The notes under the pieces were generated by a model. It was not told the origin of the DNA. It searched no databases and saw only the letters and a program-made list of their open reading frames with translations. This document shows positions 27,319 to 41,810 of a DNA stretch of 64,000 nt, piece after piece (positions within the stretch are counted from its first letter, which is position 1; every line of letters begins with the position of its first letter). The position numbers were made by a program, and so were the translations under genes. The stretch is from Octopus vulgaris (taxonomy: Eukaryota): the NCBI GenBank assembly GCA_951406725.2, contig OX597821.1, positions 10,788,001 to 10,852,000 of the forward strand, in the 5' to 3' direction.

Positions 27319-27475
27319 GGAGTTAAAAACACGTGTTATTCAAATTCATTTACTTCCGTGTTAATTGTTAAAAAGGGCAAAACACACACATCTATATCTG
27401 TCTATCTCTCTCTCTCTCTCCCTATATATATATATATATATATATATATTTACATACATAACTAAATATATACAT

Positions 27476-27537
<62 letters not shown>

Positions 27538-27550
27538 GTATATATTTATT

Positions 27551-27637
<87 letters not shown>

Positions 27638-28939
27638 TAGCATTATAACTCGTCTTTGCCGGGTCATAGTGCTAGTGCATGTATATATGTGTATATATAT
27701 ATATATATATGTGTACATATTACATGTACATCTATATATATATACATCTACACATAAAATACAAAATACAAAGTTATATCTTGATATCGCTAGTGATTAC
27801 AGTACTCAAAATATATAACAGACTAGAATTGTAGGTCTCTTGCAATTTCGATCAATTTTATCTTGTCCTCCCTCTTGTATAGAAGTGTGGCTACAATCCA
27901 GCCTACCTCTACTTCTGGGGGAACATTTTAAATTTTATTCGGGACGTCCTACGTCCCAGATATAAAGGTAAAAATAAAATATTTCCACTTTGCAAGGTTC
28001 GACTCGAGTACTCCCTTGCACGCTCCGTTGACTCGAACCTTGCTTCTATTGTGGCGAATTAACCGCCTCTAGTTAGATATCTTTCATAATCGCACAAAGA
28101 CACGTTCCGATTGCGCTTTCCTCTCGGTGTTCAAATCATTTTTTTCTCTACATTGTATACTTTATAGACAATAGTCTTTTCTTTAATTAATTTCTTTATT
28201 TCGTTTGGTGGTTTTATCCTAGATTCACCGTCTTTGTCGGTGATCAATCCGTATCTCTTCCATTTTACTTTCAATGAGTTCGCGCCCACCGACGGCTGCA
28301 GCGAAATTCATTTTTGGACTTTCTCCTATCGAAGGCATTCTAACAAAAATGCTTCCGTGTAAACGGTGAAAATATTGTCAATTTCCCCAAACACGGACAC
28401 AATTCTATTTTTAAACAATGACCAAAGCTCCTTTTCCCAAAGGGAGAGGGTTACAGATTACAATTATTTAATAAATGCAACACAACAAAGTTTCCTTTAC
28501 GAGGAACCAACAAACGTGATAACAATAGTTAAACAGTAATACTAATAACAACAAAGCTTACGCTGAATCAGAAAGCAGTAAGCAGTTGACGGTTTAGTCC
28601 TTTATGTATAAGAAATAAACCAACACCAGTATTCTGTAGAACCGGCTGTTCGAGAAAACAAATATAAAATACAAGCCAAACTTCATATAGATACTTAATG
28701 CTAGCTAATTAGCAGATAAGCTAATGTAAAAGCACAGCTCCATCTGGACTATTCCATTTCTGCACGCTAATTTTATTTTTAATTTATTCCCATTCATGTG
28801 AAACCACTTATTCAAGTTCAAGTCATTGATGCAATTTTATACCAATTGCTATTTTTGCTTTTGTTGTGTTACGATTATATTATACTTTAGTTTGACTTTA
28901 TTACTTACTACATATAATTCAATTGTTATTATTATTTTT

Positions 28940-29332
<393 letters not shown>

Positions 29333-29803
29333 TAGATATAGATGTGTGTATTTTGCCCTTGTTAATAATTAACACGGAAGTAAAAGAATTTGAATTATAT
29401 ATATATATACATATATATATACATAGAAAAATTATATTTATCACTGAATGTGATTAGGGTGAAAGGAAACACCTACATTGTAGGAAATAAGGACGAAATC
29501 GCTTTTAGTGTATCGCAAAATCATGCAATACTTTGGACAACAAAAGAAATACTAATGTTGAAGCGAGTTCAGAAACAGCCGTACAATCGAGCGGTCTTAA
29601 CTCACGTTGCAAAGAAACGGCTGAGACTCACGCTAGTGTTAAGAATTGTTGATAATTGTTAGTCTATATGTTTTAATACACGTGCATTAACTACAGTTTG
29701 AGAGCGGTTAACTCTAGCAATATAGATATTTATTGACACTCTAGTGACATTTAGTGTATATACATATATATTTATGTATTTGTATGTGTGTGTGTAGGTA
29801 TGC

Positions 29804-29849
<46 letters not shown>

Positions 29850-29865
29850 ATTCCAAATATAACCA

Positions 29866-30085
29866 CGTGTAGATCGTTCGTGATCTTTTTACTCTGTCTT
29901 CCTTTTTACTTGGACATTCCCCCGTCCCCTGTTTCTGACGAGGGCTTTACTCGAAACCTCGAAACGTAAAACCACATTTCTTTCCTTCCCTGAGCGTCTG
30001 CTAATACCGTGCATGTCCCACGTACTAGCGTTGTTGTTTTTTTTTCTTGTTGGGTTTGTTCTTCGTTTTTTTTTTGGGAGGGGCG
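29866..30085 (+). mobile_element. short Penelope-end-like element with HHR motif (29931-29972)
   Basis: GTTT-CTGACGA-GGGCtttACTC-GAAAC[CTCGAAAC duplicated]GTA-AAAC. Inverse homologue of 9676-9880. Confidence 0.65.
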
Positions 30086-30092
30086 GATTTAC

Positions 30093-30140
<48 letters not shown>

Positions 30141-30510
30141 TTTGTGTATAAAATAGTATAGTACAAGAAGTTGGAATAAAGGGGATTTAATCCAAGTCAG
30201 TACAATTGTTTTTGTCCATTAGTATAAGCTGGTAAATGCTACTTCACATATTCTGAATATTAATATGATCCAACAGTAACCGTGTAAATGCAAGGCTTCC
30301 GCTGAATATGTTATAAGTAGAAATATATTTATACATATGTGCGTATGTATATCCCTATATGTCTCTGTACGCCTCTTCCTATTTCTCCCTATATATTTAT
30401 AGCTTTTCTAACTAAAAATGTTGCTTCTTTTTTAGTTTGAAGTATGTAACGTTTACTAAAATATAGCAATTGTTAAAGTCTGTACTGTCAATATATCTTA
30501 AGCCTCATAA

Positions 30511-30736
30511 GGCGACGAGTTGCCAGAAACGTTAGTGCACCTGGCGAAATGCTTAGCGGTATTTCGTCTGTCGTTACGTTCTGAGTTCAAATTCCGCCGA
30601 GGTCGACTTTGCCTTTCATCCTTTCGGGGTCGATAAATAAAGTACCAGTTTCGCACTGGGGTCAATGTAATCGACTTAATCCCTTTCTCTATCCTTGCTT
30701 GTCCCCTCTATGTTTAACCCCTTGTGGGTAGTAAAG

Positions 30737-30741
<5 letters not shown>
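30511..30741 (+). mobile_element. SINE family B (MetaSINE-like)
   Basis: A/B-box head and gcctttcatcctttcggggtcgataaataaagtaccag core. Flanking direct repeat atatatcttaa. Confidence 0.88.
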
Positions 30742-30774
<33 letters not shown>

Positions 30775-33036
30775 TAAACCATTCTATTTTTAATATCTCT
30801 TTGCGAAACTTTATTATAGAAAAATTTTGACTAAATATAACAATATTTAATTGAGTTTAAGACAGCGATTTTACATCTAGTGTTACAACGTAATATGCCT
30901 TATATAATGACAGTAGTTAATAAGCTAGTTAAGAGCGTTTTTTGTAATGAGGACAAAGAAAGAAATATATTACAATCTCTGCAAAGTTGTATTTGCATTT
31001 CGATATAGGTTACTGGTACTACAAGGTCGGCACAGCAAATAATAAGTTAAATAATCACTTCAGTTGAAGCGTAGATGAAGGTTTTCACTATGATATTTTC
31101 CTGTATGTAGTAAGTGTGCAATCCATTTCCCAGTCATTAAAATTTGCAAACTTTTCTATGTAGATATATGATAAAGAGTGGACTTAAACGTCATTAAGTT
31201 AACTCAACATAATACCTGATTTCTTTATCAATACTAACGTCGCCATTGACTTCATATTATCATGCTTCATATATGTGTTCAGAAAGTGAGAGTTATTATA
31301 CGAATAAAGGATACAAAGAAACATTTGATATATTACTATAAATTACAGAAATCGGGAATCAACTGCGTAAATATCACTTAGCGACAAGCATATAACCCCC
31401 CAGGGAGCAATCGTTCCTCTCCTTAATTAACATACTTGTATGAACATGAATGTGAATAATTTCTGTGCATTATTTTAGGGGAAATATTTCTTGCTTGGGA
31501 ATGCATAAAAACAGTACCAACTCTGAGCATAATTGCCTAGTTTATTAAATTTATGTTATAGTATACAACCATATGAGGCTGTTTACTGTGGTTTCTATTA
31601 TAACTAACCTCTCCTAATGAATAATTCAATAAGGTATAAATATGAATGATAAAGAATTTCATATTTATGGTTTTCTTCACCAATTATTTTCTTGCATCGT
31701 ATGGATAATGTCTGACTTTGTTAAGTAATTTGATAGTTTCCACTTTTCTTTGTTAAAAGCATCATTGGTGTGTAAATTACTGTTCGGACAAACAATGGTA
31801 ACCAGCGCATTAAATATATTGTTAGCATGATTATTACAAAGGCCAAACCATATAGACTATAAATTATATTTCAGTCTATGTTATATAACAATGCAATGTA
31901 TATATGTATGAGTGTGTGTGTGTGTGTGTATGCTTTTGTGTGTCTGCGTGTGTGTGTATGTATGCCCGTATGTATGTATGTATGTATACATGTGTGTATA
32001 TAACGTGCGCGTAGATTTCATAGTGCGACGTTATATAATGGAATTATTGTGAACGCGTCGGCCAAAGGCGGAAAGACTAGTCTTGCTTATATTAAGCTCT
32101 CTAATGAAAACTTCTGGTTCTGTGTATCAGACCATATTCTAGGCACGGCGCTTACAATATTCGCGACCTTGCTTTGCATTTTAAATAAATATTTTTCCTG
32201 CTTCGAGAAAAACAGCTTTCTGCAATATTAACTATGGAATGTTATATGTGTGCGTGTTTATGTATATGTGTGTGCGTGTGTGGTTTGCGTGGGCATTATT
32301 ATTTTTAAAACTGTATCTTACTCTAACCTAGTGCGTTTCTAACTCAGACTTCCGAATAGAGAGACAGAAGATGACGAAGATTACTAATAGAAACTGATCT
32401 ACCGATTGTGAAGGTGGGTCGCATGGTGTTGTTAGAGGTGAGACGTGCATTTAAGTTGCACTAGATGTAGTAGCGGGAACTGGTGATTGGCCGAGACATG
32501 GTTTTGCAGAAACATGGGATATGACAGAGATACGGCGGGCAAGGAAGCATGTGTGTGCATACCAGATATACGAGTAGTTGGATGTGGGTGTCTAGTAATT
32601 ATACATGTGTTTAAGCCTGTATGGAGTGTGCAAGCGCGTGTGAAATAATGCTTTGGTGAATTTTGTCTTATCGGTAAGGGCTGATGGCATCAACTCGTTC
32701 ATGCATAGGTACGTGATTTGTAAGGTGTATGTATATGAGTATTGCGTGTGTGTGTGTAGCACCTGTGTGGGTGCTCGCATGAGCGAGACTGTTCGTGTGT
32801 ATGTCAGCTGTGTATGTGTTATTAGTGGTATGAATGTTGATGTCTGTATATGCGTATGTGTGTGTGCGTGTAATTACGTGATCGTTAATGAGTGCTGCGC
32901 ATGCGCGCGTGTGCGAGGGGATTTAAGACGTATGTAAGGGTTTGTGTGATTAAGGAATATTTGTTTCTAAACGTATAGGTGCGTATGTGTTTCTATGGAA
33001 GGACATATATGCGTCCATATTGTGTTTTGTACTTGA

Positions 33037-33074
<38 letters not shown>

Positions 33075-33080
<6 letters not shown>

Positions 33081-33196
33081 CGTGGTCCCCGTGACCGACC
33101 AGGTTATCAGATGTTGCTACACATCGCTGGACACAATGCGCTTCGCATTGTTTTAGCCTTCAAATGACGCCACCCCGCTGGCTAAGCGAGCAAGCC

Positions 33197-33197
<1 letters not shown>
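33075..33197 (-). mobile_element. solo LINE/SINE 3'-tail fragment within (TA)n
   Basis: Reverse complement of the 14310-14428 tail. Confidence 0.75.
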
Positions 33198-33240
<43 letters not shown>

Positions 33241-33266
33241 AAAAAAGCAACAAGAATGGATTAAAA

Positions 33267-33354
33267 TCTCGGTACAATTGTTTCGTACGAGGACATCTTT
33301 AATAAGCTACAAAAAATGCAGTGAATACAGATGGCTCGTACTCGTCACCCAAAA
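33267..33354 (-). ncRNA. degenerate type I hammerhead motif
   Basis: TTTTGG-GTGACGA-GTACGA..TCGTAC-GAAA-CAATTG-TA-CCGAGA. All three stems present; 3-8 pair mismatched (G/G). Confidence 0.6.
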
Positions 33355-33563
33355 AAACATCACAGAATTCCCAAACATAAAAAGGGGTAGATACAAAAGA
33401 GGGTGTAAGATTAACTGCATTGAAGAAAGTTCGATTCCTGGAGATCCGATGAAAGGTCTTAAACTTACAGAATTTGTGCATGCTCACCATGAGCAACGCT
33501 GTTGCAGCTACATTAGCATACATCAATCACGCCAGCATTTATAAATCTCAGAATCATATATAT

Positions 33564-33796
33564 ATTTCTTTACTGCCCACAAGGGGCTAGACACATAGAG
33601 GGGACAAACAAGGACAGACAAAGGGATTAAGTCGATTACATCGACCCCAGTGCGAAACTGGTGCTTTATTTATCGACCCCGAAAGGATGAAAGGCAAAGT
33701 CAACCTCGGCGGAATTTGAACTCAGAACGTAACGACAGACGAAATACCGCTAAGCATTTCGCCCGATACTCTAACGTTTCTGCCAGCTCGCCGCCT
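33564..33796 (-). mobile_element. SINE family B (MetaSINE-like)
   Basis: Near-identical inverse of 30511-30741. Confidence 0.88.
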
Positions 33797-34170
33797 CTAT
33801 ATAACATAATATATGCTGCCCTTGCGTAGCGTTAAAGCTAACTAAAAGAGGTTAAGATTGAGTTTGAACGCCGACTTCATAAATACCTAACCAGCATGAC
33901 TAAAGGAAGAGACCCTTGGGTCGATGGCTCTAACATGTGGAAAGGCGTATTCCATTGGGAGCATGAGATCACCAATAAATGGTGAAGTAAGCGACGCACT
34001 GCTGCTGCGTCGCCCTCCACCGACCCACTCATTACTCCTGCTCCTCCTGCACCTACACCTCCTCTACCTGCACCTCCTTAACCTGCACCTCCTCTACCTG
34101 CACCTCCTCTACCTCTCCCTACTCCTCCTCTTGATCCTCCTGCTGCTGCCTTCATCTTATTACTACTACA

Positions 34171-34235
<65 letters not shown>

Positions 34236-34249
34236 CACTACTACTACTA

Positions 34250-34281
<32 letters not shown>

Positions 34282-34558
34282 TATGATAATACTGATTTAA
34301 GAAGAAAACAAAACTTTCATATGTGTATACTAGAATCAACACTGGTAGTTGAGAGGCCAAAGATCTTCCATGTTTCTGAATAGGAGGCAGCGCATCGAAA
34401 TATAATTAACGTTTCATATTAGACTTAGTACAAATGCTTGATGCTTATTAGAATGTCATTATGATTATATACAATGTTAAACTAGGTGATGATTTATTAG
34501 TTTGTGCAGCTATATATTTATATGTATATATAAGCCTATATATTTATATGTATATATA

Positions 34559-34716
34559 AGTGGCTGTGTGGTAAGTAGCTTGTTTACGAACCACATATTT
34601 CCGAGTTCAGTCACACTGCCTGGCACCATGGGTGAGTGTCTTCTACTATAGCCTCGGGCCGATGAAAGCCTTCTCAGTGGATTTGGTAGATGGAAACTAA
34701 AAAGAAGCCCGTCGTA

Positions 34717-34758
<42 letters not shown>

Positions 34759-34972
34759 TGTGTATATGTTTTTGTGTCTGTGTTTGTCCCCCCAACATCG
34801 CTTGACAATTGATGCTGGTGTGTTTACGTCCCCATACCTTAGCAGTTCGGCAAAAGAGACCGATCTTATACGTACTAGGCTTACATAGAATAAGTCCTGG
34901 GGTCGATTTGCTCGATTAAAGGCGCTGCTCCAGCATGGCTTCTGTCAAATGAGAGAAACAAGTAAAAGAGTA
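34559..34972 (+). mobile_element. tRNA-derived SINE, family C (internal microsatellite)
   Basis: Head gtggctgtgtggtaag...gagttcagtc, internal (TA)n. Homologous to 58252-58600. Confidence 0.85.
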
Positions 34973-36059
34973 AACTAGCATGTATATGTAAATATGTGGA
35001 TATACACATCTGCATTTTCAGGTAAAATTCAGTCCCAAGTTGTTCTTCATGTTTTGCCCGAGATCAGCTTTAATCGAAAAGAAAGTGATTGAACCCATCT
35101 TATTCCTGAAAATCCAATGGCTCTGTATATCTAAGACTTAAAAATCCACCCATTTTCATAGATAGTAAATTGCAGTCTGTGGATGTGTCTCCTTCATTTC
35201 TGGTATTTCGATAACCATTTATATTCTGACATCAATAATATGAACTACATCGTTCCCTTATGAAAACTGGACAGCGATTGTAATTAATATACCAGTTATT
35301 GTGTAACATCAAATCTTCTGTATAATTAAGGAGATCGAATACAAAAGTTATTTAATTACTTTTTTTTTCACGAGAAGCAATCAACTTTAATTTAATCATT
35401 TGAGTGCAATCAATATTATGTATAATATGCTCGAGTCGAAGCTATGTGACTTGAAGATTCGGTTTGACAGCTATGCATTTACTCCTACTATAAAATAAAT
35501 TTGTATATGAAATTTGAGTCGACAAAATCTATGCAAATCCTACTTCCGGATATTTAATCTTTTTTGAGAGGATCTGAGTTTATTTTAACGAGACACCCAT
35601 TTTAACAAAAGTTCCTTACCTAGGAATGCACTACTTATAACTAAGTATACCAAGAAATCTACTTCGTATAACTGAGTGATGTTTGTTGCAATTATTGGGA
35701 CGATTTATCACGTCAATCAGGAGAGTTCAAACTGTTGCTATCAATTTCGGGGATCCAAAAAGAAATCATTGTCATTGCATTTCCTATAGAACTAAGTGTT
35801 TAGAAATTTATAAGTTTTAATGTATGAGGTTATGCGTAACACAATTCATTCTCTGACCGAAATGATATCAACCTTCTGAGAACACACTTCCGTTCTGACT
35901 AGACTGGCAAATGATTCCACTGGTACTTGTCTCCGTCAGTTAAAAAAAATTCTAAATACACTATAGTATTATTATCATAATAATTGTAAATGGAAAGCTA
36001 TTTGCCGCATACAAAATATTGATTAAATTGTGCATTGAAACTGAAATTAACAAACTTAC

Positions 36060-36125
36060 GTTGTAGGCCACATGAATACCGCCGTTGTCAGCAATATTTT
36101 CATCCAGCGTCAGTTGACCATTAAT
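36060..36125 (-). CDS. M13 metallopeptidase exon INGQLTLDENIADNGGIHVAYN (third Zn ligand, ExxxD)
   Basis: 66-nt phase-0 exon, acceptor ttcaattaag, donor gtaagt. Hallmark ENIADNGG motif. Confidence 0.96.
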
Positions 36126-36291
36126 CTTAATTGAAAAGAAGATGAAAATAGAAGTGCTTCATTAAACATTAATAAATAAGTGTAAACACACTTGCATACA
36201 TGCATGCACACAGACATAGATACACACACATACACACGCACTCTAATACTGGTGCAGATGTTTCAGTCTGTGTGTTTGATTGTGTATACGA

Positions 36292-36325
<34 letters not shown>

Positions 36326-39300
36326 AAGAGTCTAAAAGAGACATAAATGAAAAAATATTAAGATGTATCATTAAAGCACGCCATTCCAGCAATTAGTAAT
36401 AATTATAGTAATATTTCCTTCAAATTTTGGCACTAGACAGGCAATTTCAGTTGTGAATATAAATCGATTAAAATCCCTCAGTAAGTCGATTATATCCCAC
36501 TAGTACTCATTTTGTCGGTCCTAGACGATTTATAGCAAAGTCAACCACGTAAAGACGGACGGAATGCCGCTAGGCGTTTTTCAGGGTGTGCAAACGATTC
36601 TGCCTGCTTTCTACTTTAAATAGTTACAATAATATTAAGAGGATAAGTGCTAGTCAAGAATAAGCGGACAATATAAGAGGACAATTATTAGTTCACATCG
36701 AAAACATCCCACAGAAATATATTTAAAGCGAACAGCTATTCTAATACAAATAGATGTATTCATCTACATGGCAAATTCCTGAAAACACACACCAGTAAAG
36801 GGTAAAGACAAAAACGTCTACCCCGACAAAATTGCATAGGTCGGAAGTTTTCCTCTCTAGAAAAGTAAGTGTTTCTTGAGCGGTTTACAAATACCACGTT
36901 TATTAATAATAACATTCAAAATAGTTGCCGAATATCCTTTCATCTATCTGGACATACATATCATGTGATACTTATAATTTCGTGTTTTAATCCAGATAGT
37001 TATTTATTTCAAGACTGTTGCTTAGCGTAAAAGAATACTGTACAACGGTACTGTGAAAAAGTATATAGAAAGTCCATATTAGACATACTGTTATGGCCAC
37101 AACCAGAGGTGCGTATAAAGAAGTCCTAGGACTCATATATAAACATATTAGACAGAAAATATCCCATTCGGTCTTATGCACAGGCTATATAGATGAATTT
37201 GACTTCCAGAGACAAATAAAACCTGTAGAGAGACAAAATTTGTATTTCTCGCCTTAATTTTGCAGGAAACAAATCATGGAAAATGCAAGACGTCTGAAAT
37301 AATAAGTTTATTTGTCCTAATATATGTACACGTTTTACTGATTATTGCATAGCCCTATTTGCTTGAAATTGGCACTGTGATACTTTTACATTTCGATTAA
37401 TATATAACACATAAAGGCCTGTCGTGATTTTTCATTGTAAAACAGCTGTCGGTGTGAAAGCAAGCTGAAAACCTTAATGATTTCCATCGACTCAGCTATT
37501 AAATTGCAAACACAGGTAAAATAAGAATGATATGCAGCTGTTTCTGTTTAGGAATTGACAGATTTGCATACTCAGATAGACACTGCGCGCTTAGGATAAC
37601 AGTAATCCGAGAATCGACAAAGGATTTTAAGAAATTATCAAAAATTTGTTACTTTGAAACATTAATGTACACGTTTTCTTGGTTGTACCGACTTTCTTTT
37701 TCCAGAAAGAAATATAGACGATGTATCTCTGTACCAAAGCATGTTACTAACAACTAAATAACAGTAAGAAACAACAGGGTATGCTTTAATGACAGCAATA
37801 ACAATGAATACACCATAATTGTAATGTCGACTGCATTTCAGATGTGATACTCCTAGTAGCTGAAATATATATTGTTGTTACAATGGTTGTAAGGGAATAT
37901 GTACCATCTGTTTGATGGAAAACAGAAAGCAAATTCCTTGACGAAATTGCATTGTAATATGCGTTATTTGAGCTACATAGGGTAAGATGAAATAAAACTT
38001 CTAATACATCGCTCTCTTTTTCAAGAAAAAAACAAAATTGCACCAGTACGGTATAAATATATATAACAAAAGAAAACAATTTAAACAAGGAGTGCTATTG
38101 ATTGATGTTTCTTTGAAGTAAAAATGATATAAATATATATAAGAATTTTATTCCAAGAAAGCCATTAAGAACTTATATGCCGGAGAGTCCCAGTATTGTT
38201 CAGAAAATGTGGGAGAACTATTTCCTTTTTGAAAAATTTCTATGCCAAGTTACAACCTGATTAATGTTTATTATAATGGATAAAAGATTGCATAGACAAG
38301 AAAGAATTGTTATGATTAGACGCAATCACGGTTTTAAGCAAAGAAGCCATCTTGATAAAAATATTCAGTTCTGTCTTCTCATATTGTATAGAAGAAACTA
38401 ATACTACTATAGGTTAAACGTATTGCCAAATAAATAATAGATCTCATCTAATTATTTTATGTTCTGAAGATTAGGATACTAGATTTATTTATCCCTTATA
38501 ATTATAATATGTGTAGGTTCAGTAGAATGAAAAGCAGAGACTTGTAAATTCAAAGCTCAAAGAATGTAGTTATTATAACCACAAGTTCTTTCATTAATTA
38601 CTGTACATCTCATCAAGCTCATAAATATAATAGTGACTGAAGAAATCCTTCAAAACATTATTTGAATGCTGAAAATGTTTTCTAAATATCTTGGCGACAT
38701 CCTTATCAAACAACTATCATATTACAGTAAAATGATATTCTACAGTAAACATTGAAATTTAGTTAATTTTAAAGAAATTCTTCGTTGCTTATCGTCCCAA
38801 CAATTTATAAATACACCATCGCATCTGTTATTCAGCTGACTGCAATCCGGTTTCCCTTGTATGAATAAACCGCATAAATGCTAATAAATACCGATTTCAA
38901 ATTGTGGAACAAGGAAAGCAATTGGGAGAGAGAGCGGAAGTAGATTATATCAACGCCAGTCTTTAACTGGTACTTATGTTATCAAACTAGAAAGAGTGAA
39001 GGTAAAATTCGACATCAGTGCCATATCAACACAGAAGCTAAAGTTAGAAGATATGCTGCGATATAATGTGCAGTTTCTTATATTTATAATCTTCATTTGT
39101 CTTACAGTTTTGTCAGGCAAAGGAAAGTATACGTGTCGTTGCTGGCATTGAAGAACGCAATTGAATATAGTGTTAGGGAATTCGAGCAAAGGTCTGAACG
39201 TTCTTGAAGACAACTCATGGACAAAAGTGAACTTGATAAGTTCATGTAAGAGTAATCGGAGAACTCAAGAACTGGAACTGAAGATTGTGGATTAATACAA

Positions 39301-39725
39301 TTCTTGCGCATGTCTTCAAACGACAAATAGCAGAAAGTGCTGTTGCCCCATGTATTGTTCAGATGGAAATAAGCGTAACTTTAAAGCAGCTGTGTTGAAG
39401 AGTAATGAGTGAACTGATTCTGATATTTGAAACTCTAACATTACATAAATACTCAGCCATATACTGCTTTCTATATTACCTACTTTACCTTCCACCGTAT
39501 AAAGCATTAGATTTGAGACAATATTACCAATCAGTATTTTAAAAACATTGTGTGATCTTCATCAATCAAGGATGCGATTGGTTTTTATACTAATGTTACT
39601 GAGATATCGGGATCAACTTGTCGAGTCGCCTAATTATAGATCTCCGTGAGTCATTAGATGTCTATCAGAGTTAAACGATTCCTGTAATGGTAGGGGGGGA
39701 GAAATTACAGCACAACGCAAAGTTC

Positions 39726-39763
<38 letters not shown>

Positions 39764-39879
39764 AAACATGTTTCGTTCAAAATACTCGAAATTACGCTGG
39801 TCGTCAACCCTGGAATGATACTCTAAAGAGTTTTCGTTATAAATCTGACGGCACGAATAGAAAAAAAACGCAATATCTT

Positions 39880-40600
39880 ATCCAAAATTAAGGAATTTTA
39901 AAAATTAAGAAGGTATGCACAAATAATATGGCGGGCAGATTAGAGTTTGCCCAAAGTAGTTGCTTTTAGCTTCAACTAAAGGTCTCAAAGCGGCTTCGAG
40001 ATTTGGTGCATTCGCTGCTCGTTGTATCCCTAGGAAGATCTTCAAACACGGCCTTGACCTAAGCTACCAGCTCTATCTCGGTGTTGCATGCTGATCGGGT
40101 GGTGTCTTTCACGACGGTGTCCCACACATAGCAATCTATGGGTATACAAGTGAGGAAATCATGAGGCTAGATATTGCGCATGATGAAGTTATAGAAATTC
40201 TCCGTCAACCACTTCTAACTCTTCTTGAAGAATGGCATATGACCTTCCAGCACCAACCCTCTCCAACAGAAATACGGCAAAAGCTTCTAGCAGTTTCATG
40301 TATCTGACAGATATTCAGCCTAAATCCCTGTTCAAAGATTTCAATATGTAGTCGTGATGATTTCAGTTGTCCACATTAAGTCTTACTGTCTTTATAGTGT
40401 TCGCCGAGCAATATATCGCAATCATCATCTCGGTATTTTTGGTACCCGGCGCGTAATTATGATACAGAAAATCCTGTTCTAATATTCAACTGGATTCCAT
40501 TCTTGTATGTCAGCTAGCATCTTCTTTAACCTTTATTAAATATGAAGCTATTCTTGATAAAATAGAAACGTATACATTCGTAAAATTTAGACATAGCAAC
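39880..40600 (-). mobile_element. decayed Tc1/mariner (DD37D-like) relic
   Basis: Minus-strand relic peptide ..CIPIDCYVWDTVVKDT..ACNTEIEL, similar to the 9897 element. Confidence 0.55.
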
Positions 40601-41639
40601 TTGTATTTATCAATACCACACACATACACCCCACTCACAAACACACATTTAACCTAAGCGATATTTGAGCATCAACAATTATTATTCATATTCTGCACGA
40701 CGCGCTAATGATTCAGGTAATGCACTGATTTCTGAACGTCTATAATAAGAGGAGAATGGATATAAATTAGGGCACTGGTCTAGCAATATTCAGCGTATAG
40801 TTCGATTAATTGTTCCTATATAACAAGAGGTGTCTTCTAAACGAAAAGCGTATATTTAGTACAATAAAGAATAGCATGCCTAGAATTTTAGTCTTTCTTG
40901 TCTATATTATTAGATTCTCATTCACAATATGTAATTTCTGTATGAAGACCAATTGGTGGCTGATTTAATTAACAGCTCTTTCGTGCAGGTTAAGCAATGA
41001 TGTAGCGGCACCATCGTCGGTTTGTTTCATTATGTTTGTGATCATTTGCTCATCCAGAGAGTGCAGATATATGATTAAAAGTTCCATTTATGCCCACCCA
41101 ATTTTGTGAAAGCGCGCTTGTGTGTTTCTCTAAAGCACGATATGCCGCTATGCACCCATTTTTTAATAGAATCTAAAAATGTCTCACTGTCGTTTGAGTG
41201 ACGTTTGCTATTTGTAGCATCTCGAATTACTACAACATGTGTTCACGTATGACAAGCAGAACCTCGGCTTTTCGCAGTGATATGCAAGAATTTTCGATTT
41301 CCAATGGCAAAATTTATCTTTAATCAAATGGATGCATATCTTTCGAACAACAAAAGCAGACTATGAATATAAATGCAAAAACAATGCATTTTCTGTTAGA
41401 TACATTTATGTACGGATTTCAAGACAATACGATGTGAAGGTATAAATTATCTTAAATACTTAAAGAACTTGGATTCAGTAATTATGTGATTCACATCAAG
41501 GCGCCAAAGTCAATTTCATATTTGATTTATTCATTCTAAGTGATACGAAGGAATTGAAACGCATAATTTATATAGTTAGGTTAAAAGGTACGAAAAAAGA
41601 AATGAGAGAGATAATAACGATATATTAAAACCTGATGCC

Positions 41640-41696
<57 letters not shown>

Positions 41697-41731
41697 TATT
41701 TATATGAGTGTTTGTGTGGGTGTGTACAATT

Positions 41732-41810
<79 letters not shown>

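Noticed and set aside
30190-30285. Further HHR-like remnants (also about 12030-12160)
   Set aside because: Only a palindromic stem III or a partial GAAA is recognisable; the core is too degenerate to call.
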